Shown piece by piece: positions 1 to 14,172 of a stretch of DNA of 64,000 bases. The DNA comes from the human T2T-CHM13v2.0 reference genome, Homo sapiens. The DNA is taken from NCBI RefSeq assembly GCF_009914755.1, contig NC_060947.1, one strand, 5' to 3'. The translations under genes and the position numbers were made by a program. Each line of letters begins with the position of its first letter. Within the stretch, counting starts at the first letter, position 1. The notes beneath the pieces were generated by a model that saw only the letters and a list, made by a program, of their open reading frames with translations, ran no database searches and was not told the DNA's origin.

Positions 1-305
1 AAATTGAAATTACCTAATGATATGATTATAATTTAATACTAGTATCAAAGGTATTTTTCCTATTATTTTATTTTACTAATTACTGTAAACTATCGGTAGG
101 ATTATAGGAGCAAGACGTCAAGATATTTATTAACCATACTAATTTTTTATTGGAAGCCATATTAAATTTAACCTGTAAAATGAGAAAAATAAAAATAGTA
201 ACCTCATAGATTGTGGTAAGAGTCAAATGAAATAACTTACATGAAATTGCTTTGTAAGTTTTATAGGGCTGCCATGTTTTGATTGTATGATACTATGTAT
301 CCCTA

Positions 306-342
306 CTGTTTAGGACATCTCTTCCTGTTTAGGACATCTCTT
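306..342. repeat. 19-bp-period tandem duplication (CTGTTTAGGACATCTCTT x2)
   Basis: Identical 18-mers at 306-323 and 325-342. Confidence 0.85.
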
Positions 343-467
343 TCATATGTGCAGAGACCTGTGTTTACTGCTTTTTTTATTCACAATGTGGTCTTTTGTT
401 ACCATAAGTTAATGAAAACATTTTTCAGTCTTGTAATTTATAAAATGTTAGTGTTATTAACAACTAT

Positions 468-683
468 ACATAGATGATAGAGATAGATAGATGATAGATA
501 AACCGATCCATCGATAGATAGATAAGTAAAGGAGAGTGACAGAGACAGGGAGAGGGAGAGGGAAAGGGAAAGGGATGGTGGGAGAGAGAGAAGTAACTGA
601 GTGGATGGATGGGTAGATGAATAAGTGGATGGATGGATGGAAGGAGACAGGTAGACAGCCAGATGGGTATATATGGATAGATA
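468..683. repeat. Compound degenerate microsatellite (GATA)n / GA-rich / (GGAT)n
   Basis: Runs of tagatagat, gagagggag and ggatggatgg are directly visible. Confidence 0.8.
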
Positions 684-919
684 GCGTATGATCTTTGTCC
701 TATTATTTAACTTCCCTTGCTTCAATTTTAGAAGATATAAAATAGGATAACAAGAGTACCTATCTTATAGGATTGCTATGAGCATTAAGGTAGTTAAGCC
801 TGACACATACTAAGAGCTCAGCAAGTGTTAAGTATTTTTCACTGTAGTTGGTATTTGGCTCTTAAAGAATCTGTCACATATTTCTATACAGTTTTTAAAT
901 TCATAGATTAGATGTAGCC

Positions 920-1150
920 TAATAATGAGAGCAATCATCCATTAAGCACCCTCTATGTGTCTAAACGCAGATGTTTTACATACCGTAAGTCATATAACAT
1001 GAGAATAAACCTTTAAGACACTTACTGCTCTCCCCATTTTACAGATGAGACAACCAAGACTTAAAGTATTGCCCAAGGTCTTAGAGTTGGTAACTTGCAA
1101 AGGCAAGAACAATGACCACAAAACCAGAACAACTGACAGCAGAGTATCTG
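920..1150 (-). mobile_element. MIR SINE fragment
   Basis: Core-like motif ccccattttacagatgag...ttgcccaaggtc. Confidence 0.6.
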
Positions 1151-2016
1151 TTCCAGCTCCAATAATTACTGGCTACATCAGTTCTGTGGGTCCCTTCATG
1201 ATGGTACCTATACCTCTAGAGTTTAAAAATAAATTATCGTTTAATTTTTGCATAAACTCTATGATGTAAGTCAATAATAATTCCTCTTCTTTCTTAACTC
1301 ACTAGCATACTGTAATAAACATCCATATACCCACCATGCAGATCCCAGCAATTATAAACTCAAGGGCCCATATGGTTTCATCTACATCCCACCAAGCGCA
1401 ACCCACCCCTAAACCTAGCTTTGTATTATTTTGCAAGTGACCTAAGTGATCCTTCTTTTGCTGCTTGGAATACCAAGTTAATGAGTTATTTCATGTGAGA
1501 TAGCTAATAAATCACAAAGCTGTTGCTTGAGAATAGGTGTCCCAATATTGCTGTGTTTCATTTTCATTCTATGATAGGTAGCGTTTTTATGATATATGTC
1601 ATTGGCAGCAAAAAATTATATACTTTACTGATTGACATATGACTTCTGGTGAACGCTTAAAATACTTGATTTTGTTTTTATATACATATGTATGTATGTA
1701 TAAGCAAAGATCATCCCATATTCCTATTAAATAGATAAGTTGATATTTGACAAATACACTGACTTTAGAAAAAATATGAAATCAAATATAAAATAATACA
1801 GCTGTGTACGGTACATTGTGATGTTAACATAAAAGAAGTAGTGAACAGGAATTTGTGTATGTGTGTATTTTTGTATGTCATATATGTTTGTTAGCATAGA
1901 AAAAGCAGCCAGAAAGTTACACACCAAAATGTTAATTCTGGTTTCCAACTGGCACTTAGATTTTCTAGTATGCTTAGGTTTTCATATTAGCATACTGATA
2001 AGAAAGGTATCCTTGA

Positions 2017-2384
<368 letters not shown>

Positions 2385-3554
2385 AAAAAATTTCTTATTT
2401 ATACCTCTACTTCCTCATTTCTCATATAGAAGTAATAGTGCCATCTACCTTACTATTTAGAAGACTCAATTAATCCATGTAAGTTACTTAGACCTGTCAT
2501 TTTAGATATTATTATGACTACATCAGAAGATATTATGTTAGTAATAAGAAAAACATTGTTAAAGAATTTGAAAATAAGGAGAATAAGATTTGTTAAGGTA
2601 TTTTGAAAATTAATTTTAAATTGTTGTTTTGTTAGTTAGTAGGGTCTTAAAATCCTTCATATCACCTCCAATAAGCTTCTGAGAAATAAATAAATATAAG
2701 ACTCTACATATCCCATTTCAGGGATGACTTACAGAGGGACTTAATAAAAATGCAGAATAAACTATTGTTTTTGTTTTGTTTTGTTTTACCAGAATATCTC
2801 CCCTTTGATTAAAAAAAAAAAGATTATTGTAAAAGATGATGCTCTAAGTCTGCTTTACACTGGCAGGCCATAGACATTCATAAATAAATTCCTACAAAAT
2901 GAAATAGGAATTAATCCTTGTACAAATACTATAGCTAACTAAGTACAGTTTCTAGAAGTATATTTTGAAATGAAATTTATATATATCACTGGTGATAACT
3001 TGTACTCATTTAAATGCTTCTGAAGCATTCTCTTCAGAAGTTAATAACTTTTCTAAAATAAGTCAAATCATGCAATTTGACGAATATAAATTGCAGCAAT
3101 TTTACCATTGCTAAAATGGTTTCCGAGCATTACAAGAAGAGTTCACTTGGCTACTGTCTTTACACTGAATACTTTGATGAGGTTACAATAATAAAGTGAC
3201 AAAGTGATATGCATTTTCTTTTATACCATTTTCTTTAAAAAAAGGAGTCCTTAATTTTTTCTAAGAACTCCAAAATATGAAAGTAGAAAAAGGCAGCTAT
3301 GACTGAATACATTTCAAGAAAAATGTCATTCATCTTTCTTAAATTGATCTGCTGAGTCCAGCAGAAATGTCTCCAAGGTTTTCTCGTGACGAGCCAAGGC
3401 TAAAGGGATACACGGAGCCAGCAGTTAGAGGCATCTAGTGGGGCACCGGTTAATTAACTTTTTCTTCTATGCTTCAAGTTTCAATGCCTATACCAATACC
3501 TTTTGTTCTTTGCATAGGATATTATGCACCGAAAATGAAACAATACTCATAAAA

Positions 3555-3710
3555 ACAGCTAATATTTAATGAGCATGAGTAATTGCCAATTGTGATTCTC
3601 AACACTTGGCATATATCATTTCATTCGTTTTTAAGTCTACTCTATGAGATAAGTAGCATTATTGTGCTGATTTTACAGATGCAAAACTGTGGCCCAGAGA
3701 GGTCAATAGA
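3555..3710 (-). mobile_element. MIR SINE fragment
   Basis: attttacagatgcaaaactgtggcccagagagg resembles the MIR core. Confidence 0.55.
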
Positions 3711-3954
3711 ATTTCAGGTGTACAGATATAAAATATTCATGAACCATAATATCCTAACTATGGTATAAATATAATATGCCATAAAATAGGCACGTGGTAA
3801 GTGTTTGCTGACTAAAGATTGAAGAATGTGTTGTAATGGAGTCTATTAATTAAAGACAGGGAATTTGGACCCAGAAAGATTTGGCTTGGTCTTATATTGG
3901 CCATCTACTAAGACAGTTTGGAAACTTTATCAATAAAGTTTCTATTTTAGAGAA

Positions 3955-4398
3955 TATCTTAGTTTGGGTTCCCTAAATGGAGGTTCTGAGATGAAGCTTC
4001 ATGCAAAAATGATCTAATGGGATGTGTTTTCAAGAAACACTGGTAAGGGAAAATGAAGTGAGATTGGGAAGGGAAACAGACCAAACACATATATGGCATA
4101 AAAGCCCAGGGTGGCAGTGCCATTCACACTTCTGAATTTCTCAGTTGGGAACAAGAAAGCTCACGTATTTATGTGTCTGCAACCAGCAGTCATTGATTAA
4201 GGGCTTCCCACACACAGGGACATAAATTCCAGGATAGATCCATCTCTCTCTTTACACAGACCAAATAGGCTCTGGCAGCCTCAAGGCCACCCTCCAACAG
4301 AGCGATTAGGGAGCTAGTTGTTGGGAGTAAAAGCACAGCAGGGAAAATGTTAAACGGATGTGAAAGGATATGAGTGGATCAATGACAGCATCTCTACA
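3955..4398. mobile_element. Old ERVL-class solo LTR (LTR33-like)
   Basis: Starts tcttagtttgggttccc and ends ...catctctaca, resembling LTR33/LTR16 termini; highly diverged. Confidence 0.45.
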
Positions 4399-7300
4399 GA
4401 GAACTTGTTTCTTCATTCAGGAATAAAAATAACGTGGAAAGTTATGAGGATAAAACAGGGTAATGTGTTCAAAGCCCTTAGCCTGGGCACTGGCACACAG
4501 CAACACTCACTGGCACTCTCTTGTTGTGAGGATGGAATGTAATACTGTGAAGAACTGACAGCACCTGGCACATGAAAACATCAGATAGCTGGCATTGCCA
4601 ATCATTTTTCCTATTGCAGTTGCCGGTGCCGCTGGTGGTGGCATACCTAAATTAGAATAACACTGCTATATTTAACTCCAAAGTCTGTAAAATGCTTGAA
4701 TACCTGCCACCGTCTGTGGAGGTGAGGGTGCTCGTTCAGGACCTGAACACCATAGAAGAAGCAATTTTCTCACCATCTTTATTGCTACCATGGTATTAGG
4801 TAAGAACCTCAGGATGCAAGAACAAAAGGCAGCACCTTTTTTGCTATCACATATGAGATGCTGAATTTATTGATAACAGTATTAAGGAGAATGGCAGCTG
4901 AAAGGAAATTTCTGATATTTCTTTCATGATCCTCCCAGATTTTGACATTCCTTTCAAAATTATTAGTGAGAGCAATCAGTAAGTGTCTTCTGCTACCAAA
5001 AATGTGAGCCCTTGCTTGAAACATCTTTAGGTAAGTAAAGTCAGCCCCTAGGAAAGCACTTAAGCAAAAGGCTAGGGAAAGAGAGCTATATCAGGTCCAA
5101 ACTACCGTGCTGCTACTCCTCACTCTTGGAAGAAAATTTAGGCCTTTGCAATGAAAATTAATGGAGAAGCACATGACACCTAAATGTTAATATTAAGGGA
5201 GGGGATAGGGAGAATATGATATATTTCTCTATGTGACTCCATCCTGTTTCATTTGTTCTAGTGAGTACATATTACTATTATACTTTGTGTGTAAGATAAA
5301 AGAAAGTTTAAAAAAAGAAAAATTGAAGTTATTTTAGAACAGATCAAACTGCTTATGAGAGGCTTACTACCTTTTAAAATATTATTTTGATTAAACTAAA
5401 AATAAATTCTTAAAAACCCAGCCAAGGTAAGAAAAGAAAATAGTTTTCCTTCTCATGCTCTCAAACTAAGAGTATACATAAATTGGCTAAGAAACGGATA
5501 GGATGACTCCCCTTTTTCCAGGGACAAGAGTGGGTTTAGGAGATAATCCAGTTCTCTAGTTATATACTTGTTTAAAAACCAGATGAGGAGATCACTTCCT
5601 CACCCGTCTTTTGCCTCTGGAGGCAAAAGGTATGGTCAGAGTTCAGTGACAAAGTGACAATCATCAAGGGAGTTTAGTCAGCTGAGGTTATGTTTCTCTA
5701 GGCATTCTTATACAGTCAGACCATGAAACAAGACTACTGCTTCCAGGAAATGCCACAATACCTCCTTATTATTTACATTTCTGGAAGCAAAGGCAGCAGA
5801 ATTTAGCCACTGGAGTCCTCTCCACTGTCTTCTCTAGTACAGGTAGTTCCTGAACATTACTCCAAATCTACAGAGACCCTTATTGACAGATATTACAGAG
5901 ATACTCACCAACATGCCAGCGAAACATGGTTTATTGTTTTTTGTTTTTTATTGGCTATTGTAGTTTTACTTATCCTCATCTATTTTATTAGGGTCTTGTT
6001 GAGTCTTCACTATCGTGAGCACCTCAGTATTCCTTGTCTCCAGAAAGAAAATGTCTTGAGGTTAGAAATTGTATGTAATTAATTAATTTTCTCTTCCATC
6101 TTAAAAAAGATGGCTGTTAATTCTATACTGACATAGTATCTAATAACTGCTTCTTTATATCTTGGAGATTTTCCCTGGCATATTCAAATAAATAGCTGTT
6201 TAAATAGCCCTGACCTGTGAGTATATATGCCCTTGTACACATGAATGTATATGTAAATATGCAAAGATACAAAATGATAAATACAAAGTGAAAGGCAAAT
6301 TGTTAATATATTTTAACTCATTCAACAGAAGAAAGAAGGCAGGATAACTTCCTCTATAATTTCAGGTTTTCTTCAGGATGCATACCACATATGGGCTACA
6401 TTACAATGTTCCCTCCAGGTAGCAAATATGTTCAATTTTAAAGTAGACAACTGTCGGAAATTGATTTTTTAAAGATGGGGGGTGGGCGTTGAGTAAATCT
6501 ATTATGCTTGTATATTGCAAATGCTGTAACTATTATTTTTTTAAAAGACTTGACTTTCACTAACAACAAATTTTCTTCTTTATATGAATATACTGATCTC
6601 CCATCGGATCATAGTGTTGGACAGTTCCTAATGTACCTTGAGATAAGAGATGCTCAAGGGTTTCATTAGATTTTTAGAGAGAGTAAAAGCCAGGCTGAAA
6701 ATGTTCCTGGATTCTATATTTGTCTCTTCACTTATCTTTTTAATAACACTCACACACAGACACATTTTTATACTCAACTTCAAATAAAAGTATGCCCTGC
6801 CCTTTCTTTTGCTGATAATAAATATGTGGATGGTATAGTCTCCAGAGAGCGAAAGTGCCCTTAAACATTTGTTTTAAGATCATAAAAACTACTGTTATTT
6901 TTAAAGTAGAAAAATCCATGAATATTGAAATTGTAAAATCAAGGGAAAAGAAAATAGTTTTAAATATTTTGGGCAAAATCTTCTTAAGAAAAAGAATGTC
7001 CTATTTCCAATGACTCTGGCACGTTTAAACATAGGAAAGAATTAGAAAAACAATTTTAGTATATTTTGGACCCTTTAAAATTTAAGTAAAACATTAAGAT
7101 GTATTTTATACCTTTACTTTGAATATGTGATAATTCTCCTTTACTCCATAGAATACAAAAACTCTGCAAATATCATTATCTTAAAAATGTATTTGTATAT
7201 ATGTGTTAAATTGAATCTTTCTAATGAGGAAAGTTAACGTTCACTCTCAGGTTGTTCTTATCAGATGAGTTTGTAGTTGTATTATGAAGAAACAACACAT

Positions 7301-9578
7301 TCCTTACTGACGTCTCTATTAGCTTAGTTATTTCAGTTGAGAACAAGGGAAAACATAAGAATGGTATTATTGGAGTGTATTGCTATACATTTTATTCACA
7401 TCACAGTATTTTATATTTCTCTTTTTTTAAGTTTGTACACAGACAATATCTCTGGAATTATTTTTATTAAGGGATATTTAATGATTAAATAAGCACTCTT
7501 AGCGAAGACCTTTAAGTGTTATTTTTTACCAAATCGTATATAGCTTCCACATACAATGCAAACATTCCAGTACTGCAGATAATATACAGGGGTACACAGG
7601 TTTGAAGTAGTGGAGAGACTGATGGACCATAAGCCATAAATCTTTTTAAAAAAATCACCAAAATCTCAGCTATAATCTTGATCATACAAAATAAAAAGAG
7701 GAGCTCTAAAGAAATAAAGCAAAAAAAAAAATTTATAATCCACATTACTGCAATCATCTAGTTTGTGAAAGAAGAGTATGTATTTTAAATTAAATCCTTA
7801 ATGATTTGATATTTTGTTTTTGGAACTTCACAACCAAGACTATCCTAAGGAATTCAGAGCTTTCCTCACAAGACCAAAGCAACAGTGCATGAAATTGAAC
7901 TCAAAAAGAGCCACCATTCTGTGTGACTTCTTGGCTGACACAATTTAGATATTTATAGCTTTACGAATGGGCCACTGGAGAAGAACTTGAAGCTTTCTCT
8001 AGCCAGGAAGGATTAATGAACGTGCGCACCTGGTAATTACACCACTCCATCTTCCTGAAAGCCCTCACGCTGCCTCCATGGCAGAAACTATAATGAAAAT
8101 GCATTGAAAAATATCAATCTGCAATTCTACAATTAAATCTAAATAATAAAACTTGGTATCTTTTCTCCCCACACATTCCAGATGTGATAAAACACAGACA
8201 GCATTTAAATTTAAAACATAGAAGCTGAATGTCAGCCTATTTTTGAACATGCCTCATTTCCAAAGTAAACCTCACAAGAGAAAAAAGAGGTTATTAAATA
8301 CAGCAAAAAATAACAACATTCAAATGTGCAACAGAGAACCCATAACTGTTTTCCCTTTATTAAAACACAGCATACACCATAAGTGATGCATTTACTTCAA
8401 AGCAGAGGCATTTCAATGATTAAATCACAACCGAAGTGTACAAAGGTAAAATTTAGAAGTGCAAAGGTATCTTTATCTTCCAAGTCCAGTTACTTGTTCT
8501 GGCTATTTTTTCTAAACTCTTACTGAAAGGAAAACCTCACTTAATAACTTTTAAAAATATAAATAAAAAATAAATCATTATCTTCTTTACATAACCGTAT
8601 GTTAATTGCAAAATTACTTGAACTAAAGAGATATACGATGACATAGTATGCAACTCAAATAACTTGTTACAAAGCAATTTTCATCCTAAAACTTGAACAA
8701 ATCAAACTTTTTGCAGTAGTATTTTTCTCAGATAAAACACAGTATAGAGGTTCAACCTAGTGTTTCTTAATGTGACACAAAGCAATTTGATATTCCAAGG
8801 AAGGCAGCTATGTATATATAAACTGAGAAGGCTGCTTTCAGAAAACAATCAAGGTTCTCTAAGCAAAGCAGGGTTTTATGATAAAGTTTCATGGTACTCA
8901 CACTGAATTTTAATGACTGCTTTAGTAAAGCAGAAAGAGAGAAAATTTAATGTAAGCACTGATACTAAAAGTTAATTGCCGTCTTAACACACAGGCGCCA
9001 AGATTCCCCTAGCAGGAGTCTCTTAAAAAACACCTTTAAACGCAGAAGAGGGCACAAGCTTTGAAAAAAAAAAAAAATTGCCTGTTACTGTTAAACTCTA
9101 TTGTTCCCTGATGGAGTATAGAAGAAAGAAATGCTCCAGGAGAGGGAAGTGGATATGAATTGCCCCCTCCAGAGGAGCCAAACAAATTGGCTGTAGGAAG
9201 ACTTCAAAAGCTGGACGAACAGAGAAGCTCAAAGACCTTACAGATTTGGGCTACTTGCCCTTGCTGTGTTTTTTTTTTTTTTTTAATTTCCCCTAGAATG
9301 AATATGGTTTAACTTGAGAGCAAATAATGGAAGGATGCATTTTTAAATGCTTTGATTCCCAGCTTTTTATTCTGCCTCTAACTAGCTATTACAATACCAC
9401 TTAATCCGGACCTCAGCATTCCAAGTACCAAAGCATCTCCTCCCACCCACTGCTCACACGCTCCTGCATCAGAATAGAAGACTTACAGAAAAGCTGCCAG
9501 ACCCACAGAAGAGCACTTTCCTCTCAACAGATGTCTTCCAGCTTTTAGGCACACACACACTCAGACACACTTGCCTAC

Positions 9579-9687
9579 CTTAATAAGGTGTGCAAAAACC
9601 TCTTTCGGTCCCCACGGATGCTTTTAGTTCAGAGCAGCCAGCAATGCCTCCGCACAAAGCTTTGCCATTGCTAGTGTGAAGAGAAAG
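9579..9687 (-). other. DMD: Non-coding first exon of dystrophin isoform Dp140 (5' boundary approximate)
   Basis: Minus strand reads ...ACTAGCAATGGCAAAGCTTTGTGCGGAGGCATTGCTGGCTGCTCTGAACTAAAAGCATCCGTGGGGACCGAAAGAGGTTTTTGCACACCTTATTAAG|GTAGGC. This matches my recollection of the Dp140 mRNA 5' end that splices to exon 45. Donor GT at 9578-9577. Confidence 0.85.
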
Positions 9688-9900
9688 AGCTGCTGGGATG
9701 CTGAATGGCACATCAGCCAACTTTGTGTGTAGCAAAGGCTCTAAAGAAATCCTGGGCTGAAACTCTGCTGGATCATGGATTGGACTCAATTTCACTCCAC
9801 ACACAGTCTGCATTACCTGATGGAGATTATTTCTGGAAGCACTTAGGGCATGTTTGTCTACAAAAAGATAGGGCCTTTTTCTTTCCTTAACAATTTAAAA
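9688..9900 (-). promoter_or_regulatory. DMD: Dp140 proximal promoter (CpG-poor, no evident TATA box)
   Basis: Unique sequence directly upstream of the exon; CCAAT on the minus strand (attgg at 9779-9783). Extent is inferred. Confidence 0.55.
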
Positions 9901-10180
9901 AATACGGTAACAAACCAGAGACCTGATACTTTAAGGAAGATCATTTATTGTGAGCTCCATGAGGGCCTCAATGGTCTGTTTCGAAACTGCAGCCCCAGCA
10001 TCTAGAACACAGTCAGCACTTGATAAATATTTGGCTAAATATTAAATGCTCAATTGATATCAGGTTCAAATTAGAATTTGCTAAATTATTTACACACTGT
10101 AATGAAAGTAAAAAATGCAAGGTTTGCTGAACAGCTCCAGAGGGTTAATAAGAGTGTGTGTGTGTATCCTTTTGTCATTC

Positions 10181-10181
<1 letters not shown>

Positions 10182-10215
<34 letters not shown>
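10182..10215. repeat. (CA)n microsatellite
   Basis: ~17 uninterrupted units. Confidence 0.95.
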
Positions 10216-10217
<2 letters not shown>

Positions 10218-10297
10218 GTATAGCTGATGATAAATATACATTATATCAATGAGTTAAAATAAAGTGTGCTATTCATTCACTGAGCAATGGGGCTATT

Positions 10298-10632
<335 letters not shown>

Positions 10633-10827
10633 TTAGAAAGTTTGTTGAAAACCGTATGTATTATTTGCTTATTGCCCTGACAATTTCTAATATCATAATA
10701 GTTCATTATAATAGCCCATTCCTCAGTGAATGAATAGCACACTTCATTTGAACTCATTGATACAATGTATATTTATCATCAGCTGTACAGGTGTGTGTGT
10801 ATACGTATACTTTTGAATGACAAAAGG

Positions 10828-10829
<2 letters not shown>

Positions 10830-10865
<36 letters not shown>
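10830..10865. repeat. (AC)n microsatellite
   Basis: ~18 units. Confidence 0.95.
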
Positions 10866-10869
<4 letters not shown>

Positions 10870-12419
10870 GCAATTATTAACCTTCTGGAGCTGTTCACCA
10901 AGCCTTGCATTAAACCTGGATTGAATAAAAGACTCCCATTCCTCAAGGAAATTTTACTTCTTCTATGAGGACTTCTCAGTAACCCTAAATTCACAGGCAT
11001 ATTCTTTACATGTTACTGTCCCAAAGCAAAATGCAAGCTGGCATGGAACCAAGCCCAGAGGTTAATTCCTGAAGCTAGAGGAAAAGGTTCCAAAGTGCCC
11101 TACATCCCAAGGTCGCCCAACAGATCCACACCTGGAAGCAATCTCCGCCAAGCGCCTATTTACAGGCACAGGTGTGTGCCTATCGGGACAGCTGAGGAAC
11201 ACACCTAATTTGATAGATGACATTCTGATGTGGCAGGCTTTATTGTGCTGTTTATGACAATATCTGCAGATTATGATGTGCTTGTTTAATAAACAGCGTA
11301 ATTAAGCACACACAAAACAAAACAGGAAGTTAATACCTAAGTGGTGCTGACGTGTTTATGTACCACAACTGACTAGTGTATTCTTTACTGCCTATTACTC
11401 CACTTCTTAATATCCACTGAAGGAATCCTCAGTCTGTATACACACATCTCCAAGTTATGAACATCAACTTCATGCATATCCTCAGAAAGACCTACTTACA
11501 CCTGCAGCCTCACCACATATATCTACACCCTTAACAGGCATTCAATAAATACTTGTCAAATGATCAGATAAATGATAAATGAAGGAGAAACATACCAATA
11601 TTTATATCTTCAAGATTGCTCCTATGGGCATATAATTTTACAGGAGTTGCTACTTGGATTGTCTATCTTTTCAGTCTACATTTTTTCTCTAAAATATAAT
11701 TGGCAGTTGCCTTATGGATAGATTAAATTTGATAGAGCCTGGTACTTGAGGTGCTATTTCAGCACCATTTCTGTAATTCTGGAACTAGTTATCAGGCTTG
11801 GCAGATGCAAATGTATGCAGTTTTGATCTTCTTCCCGACTCTCTAACTGCAGATTTTACAACTGAAGAAAGCAAGGGGAACTTTTATTTATAAATAATCG
11901 ATACAATTTGTAAATAGAAATCCTTTCCCTCTGAGCAGCTCACAGCCAGCCAGCTCTCAGATGAAGGTACGTCAGCTCTCTCTTGACTAATGGTGTGGTC
12001 TGCATCATGGAGGTTACCAGACATTCCTTGGCAGAATGCAAATCAAACATCTTGAATGGCAAAAGGATCAAAGCACGGCATCTAAACATTGCTCAGACCT
12101 GCTGTTCATATTTTTATGCATCAGAAAACTTGAAAGAGAAATTAGAATTGAAAGATAATGCACCTGCACCTTCCAAAGTGTATAATATTGAGATTTTTAG
12201 CATATTTGTCCCTCTGGGATTAGTATATTTTATTCCATTGTAGGGCAGCAGCTGAACAGGGGTTTGTGGAGGCAGAAGACTTGAGAGCCTCTTGGCTCAA
12301 CTACCTGTAAGCTGTTTGACCTTGTACAAGTCATTTAAACTTTCTGGCTTCAACTTCCACATCCATAAGTGGAATTAATAATACCTCATCAAGTGATGAG
12401 AATGGAATAGATATTAAAG

Positions 12420-12747
12420 CACTGCTCCTCAAAATTTAATGTGATACAAGCCAGGTGTGGTGGCTCACATCTGTGATCCCAGCTACTTAGGAGGCTGAGG
12501 TGGGAGGATCATTTGAGCTCAGGAGTTTGTGACCAGACTCGGCAAAATAGCAAGACCCCATCTCAAAAACAAATAAAGAAAAATGCATCGAAAGTAAAGA
12601 AAAAAGAAAAAAATAATAATTGAATACAAATGACCTTAAAAAAAGCAGAGTTTAATTCATTGGACCTGCGGTGGTGCCTGAGAGTCTCCATTTCCAATAA
12701 GCTCCCAAGTGGTACTGCTGCTCTGTGGACCCCACTGTGTGTAGCAA
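12420..12747. mobile_element. MER5A1-like hAT DNA transposon interrupted by an Alu monomer
   Basis: cactgctcctcaaaatttaatgtg...catttccaataagctcccaagtgg...ggaccccactgtgtgtagcaa. Confidence 0.65.
12450..12585 (+). mobile_element. FLAM / Alu monomer
   Basis: gccaggtgtggtggctcac...caagaccccatctcaaaaa; single arm only. Confidence 0.85.
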
Positions 12748-14006
12748 ATATCAGTGGAAAACACTGTTATTCTTCCAAATGATAGTGAATTTGTGTCCTA
12801 TTGCCATTTTTATTTGGTGCATGTTTTCCCTCAGTATCTACCCAACCGTCAATTACTAGATGCTTGTCTACGGCAGGTGATGTGCAGGACATAGATATTT
12901 TAAAGTTTACAAAGACATTGCCCTGTCCTCAGGAAGCTTTCAATCTATGTGAGAATGAAGATCACTTACCACTACAAACAGTTTGGACATGGAGGACCAA
13001 AGCTACCTACCCCTTATGCTCACATAGCTGGCTGTCGACATTAACATGGTTTACCTTTCCATTGTCTTCATTAGCATAACTTTCCTATTACAGATAACTC
13101 TTGGCCAGGCAAATAATTTGACTGTTCACTAAAGTAACTTCCCCAAACTCCCATCAACTCTTCAACAAAAAACATCAATAGAGTTCACACCTTAATAGTC
13201 TCTGAGCCTCTTGGCTAGAAATCTTCACTGTGCTGTTTCCACCAAACTAAGTTGTAATACCATGATCCTTACCCAATCCTAATTGTGCCCCCACAGTGAA
13301 AGACCAATCTTAAACCAAGCTTCATACTCCCAATGAAATCCAACCTCACCTTTCTCCTTATGAAATACTACCAAAGCTTTGTCCAGGCTGTGGTCTTTCT
13401 TACCATAGTAAGCAATAAATTTAACTTTGTCTTATCAACAGGTTGTATTGGTGATGTTTAGGGAGCTGAAATTTCCCATATGGAAGAAATAGACATGGGA
13501 ATCAAACGTATGTTACAAGGAGATAAGCAGTGGTGCCAAGGGGTGGATTAAAAGACTCTAGCTCCTTTTTTGTCATAACAAATAAACATCCAATTTAATT
13601 ATAATCAGTACATTTTTTCTCTGCAAACTTAGTTTAACAACAAGTCCCCTATTCTCCTCTTATTTACTCACCCAGGCATTTGGATGTTATCACTGGTGCC
13701 ATCATTGATTGTGATAAAATATTTGATAAGTTTTATGTCCTCAATGCTTCATTAACAGTATAATACATGAGAGTGACATTAACCAAGATTAAGGGAGAAG
13801 GGGAAATCTTTTGGTGGTTGTGATGTCAAACCTAAAACTACATGGAGGCCCAGAATTAGGGAAAATTCAGCATCCAGACAGACAATGTAAGATCACGGTA
13901 TTTTCAGGGAAAAACATGAACCGGAGCAAAAGCTCAAAATGGGGAAAGAGCGAGAGAGAAACTAAGGGTCTAAACAGTCTTTTATGTCAAGTTAAGTGGC
14001 TTATGT

Positions 14007-14172
14007 CTTTGCTACCCAAAGTATGGTCTGCAGGCCAAAATCATTGCTATAACCCTGAGCACTTGCTAGAAATGCAGAATCTCAGACAATACCCCAGACC
14101 TACTGAATCAGCATCAGTTAATTAAGAAAATCCCCAGGTGATTCTGATGCACATCAAAGTTTGAGAAGCACT
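14007..14172. mobile_element. MER5A1-like hAT DNA transposon
   Basis: ttgctacccaaagtatggtc...agaaatgcagaatctcag...ccccagacctactgaatcag...aaagtttgagaagcact. Confidence 0.85.

Noticed and set aside
9580-9813. 77-aa minus-strand ORF spanning the Dp140 exon
   Set aside because: Its ATG lies upstream of the probable TSS and it has no recognisable homology.
13070-13470. Possible old LTR (AATAAA near 13415, LTR-like composition)
   Set aside because: I could not assign termini, TSD or family by eye.
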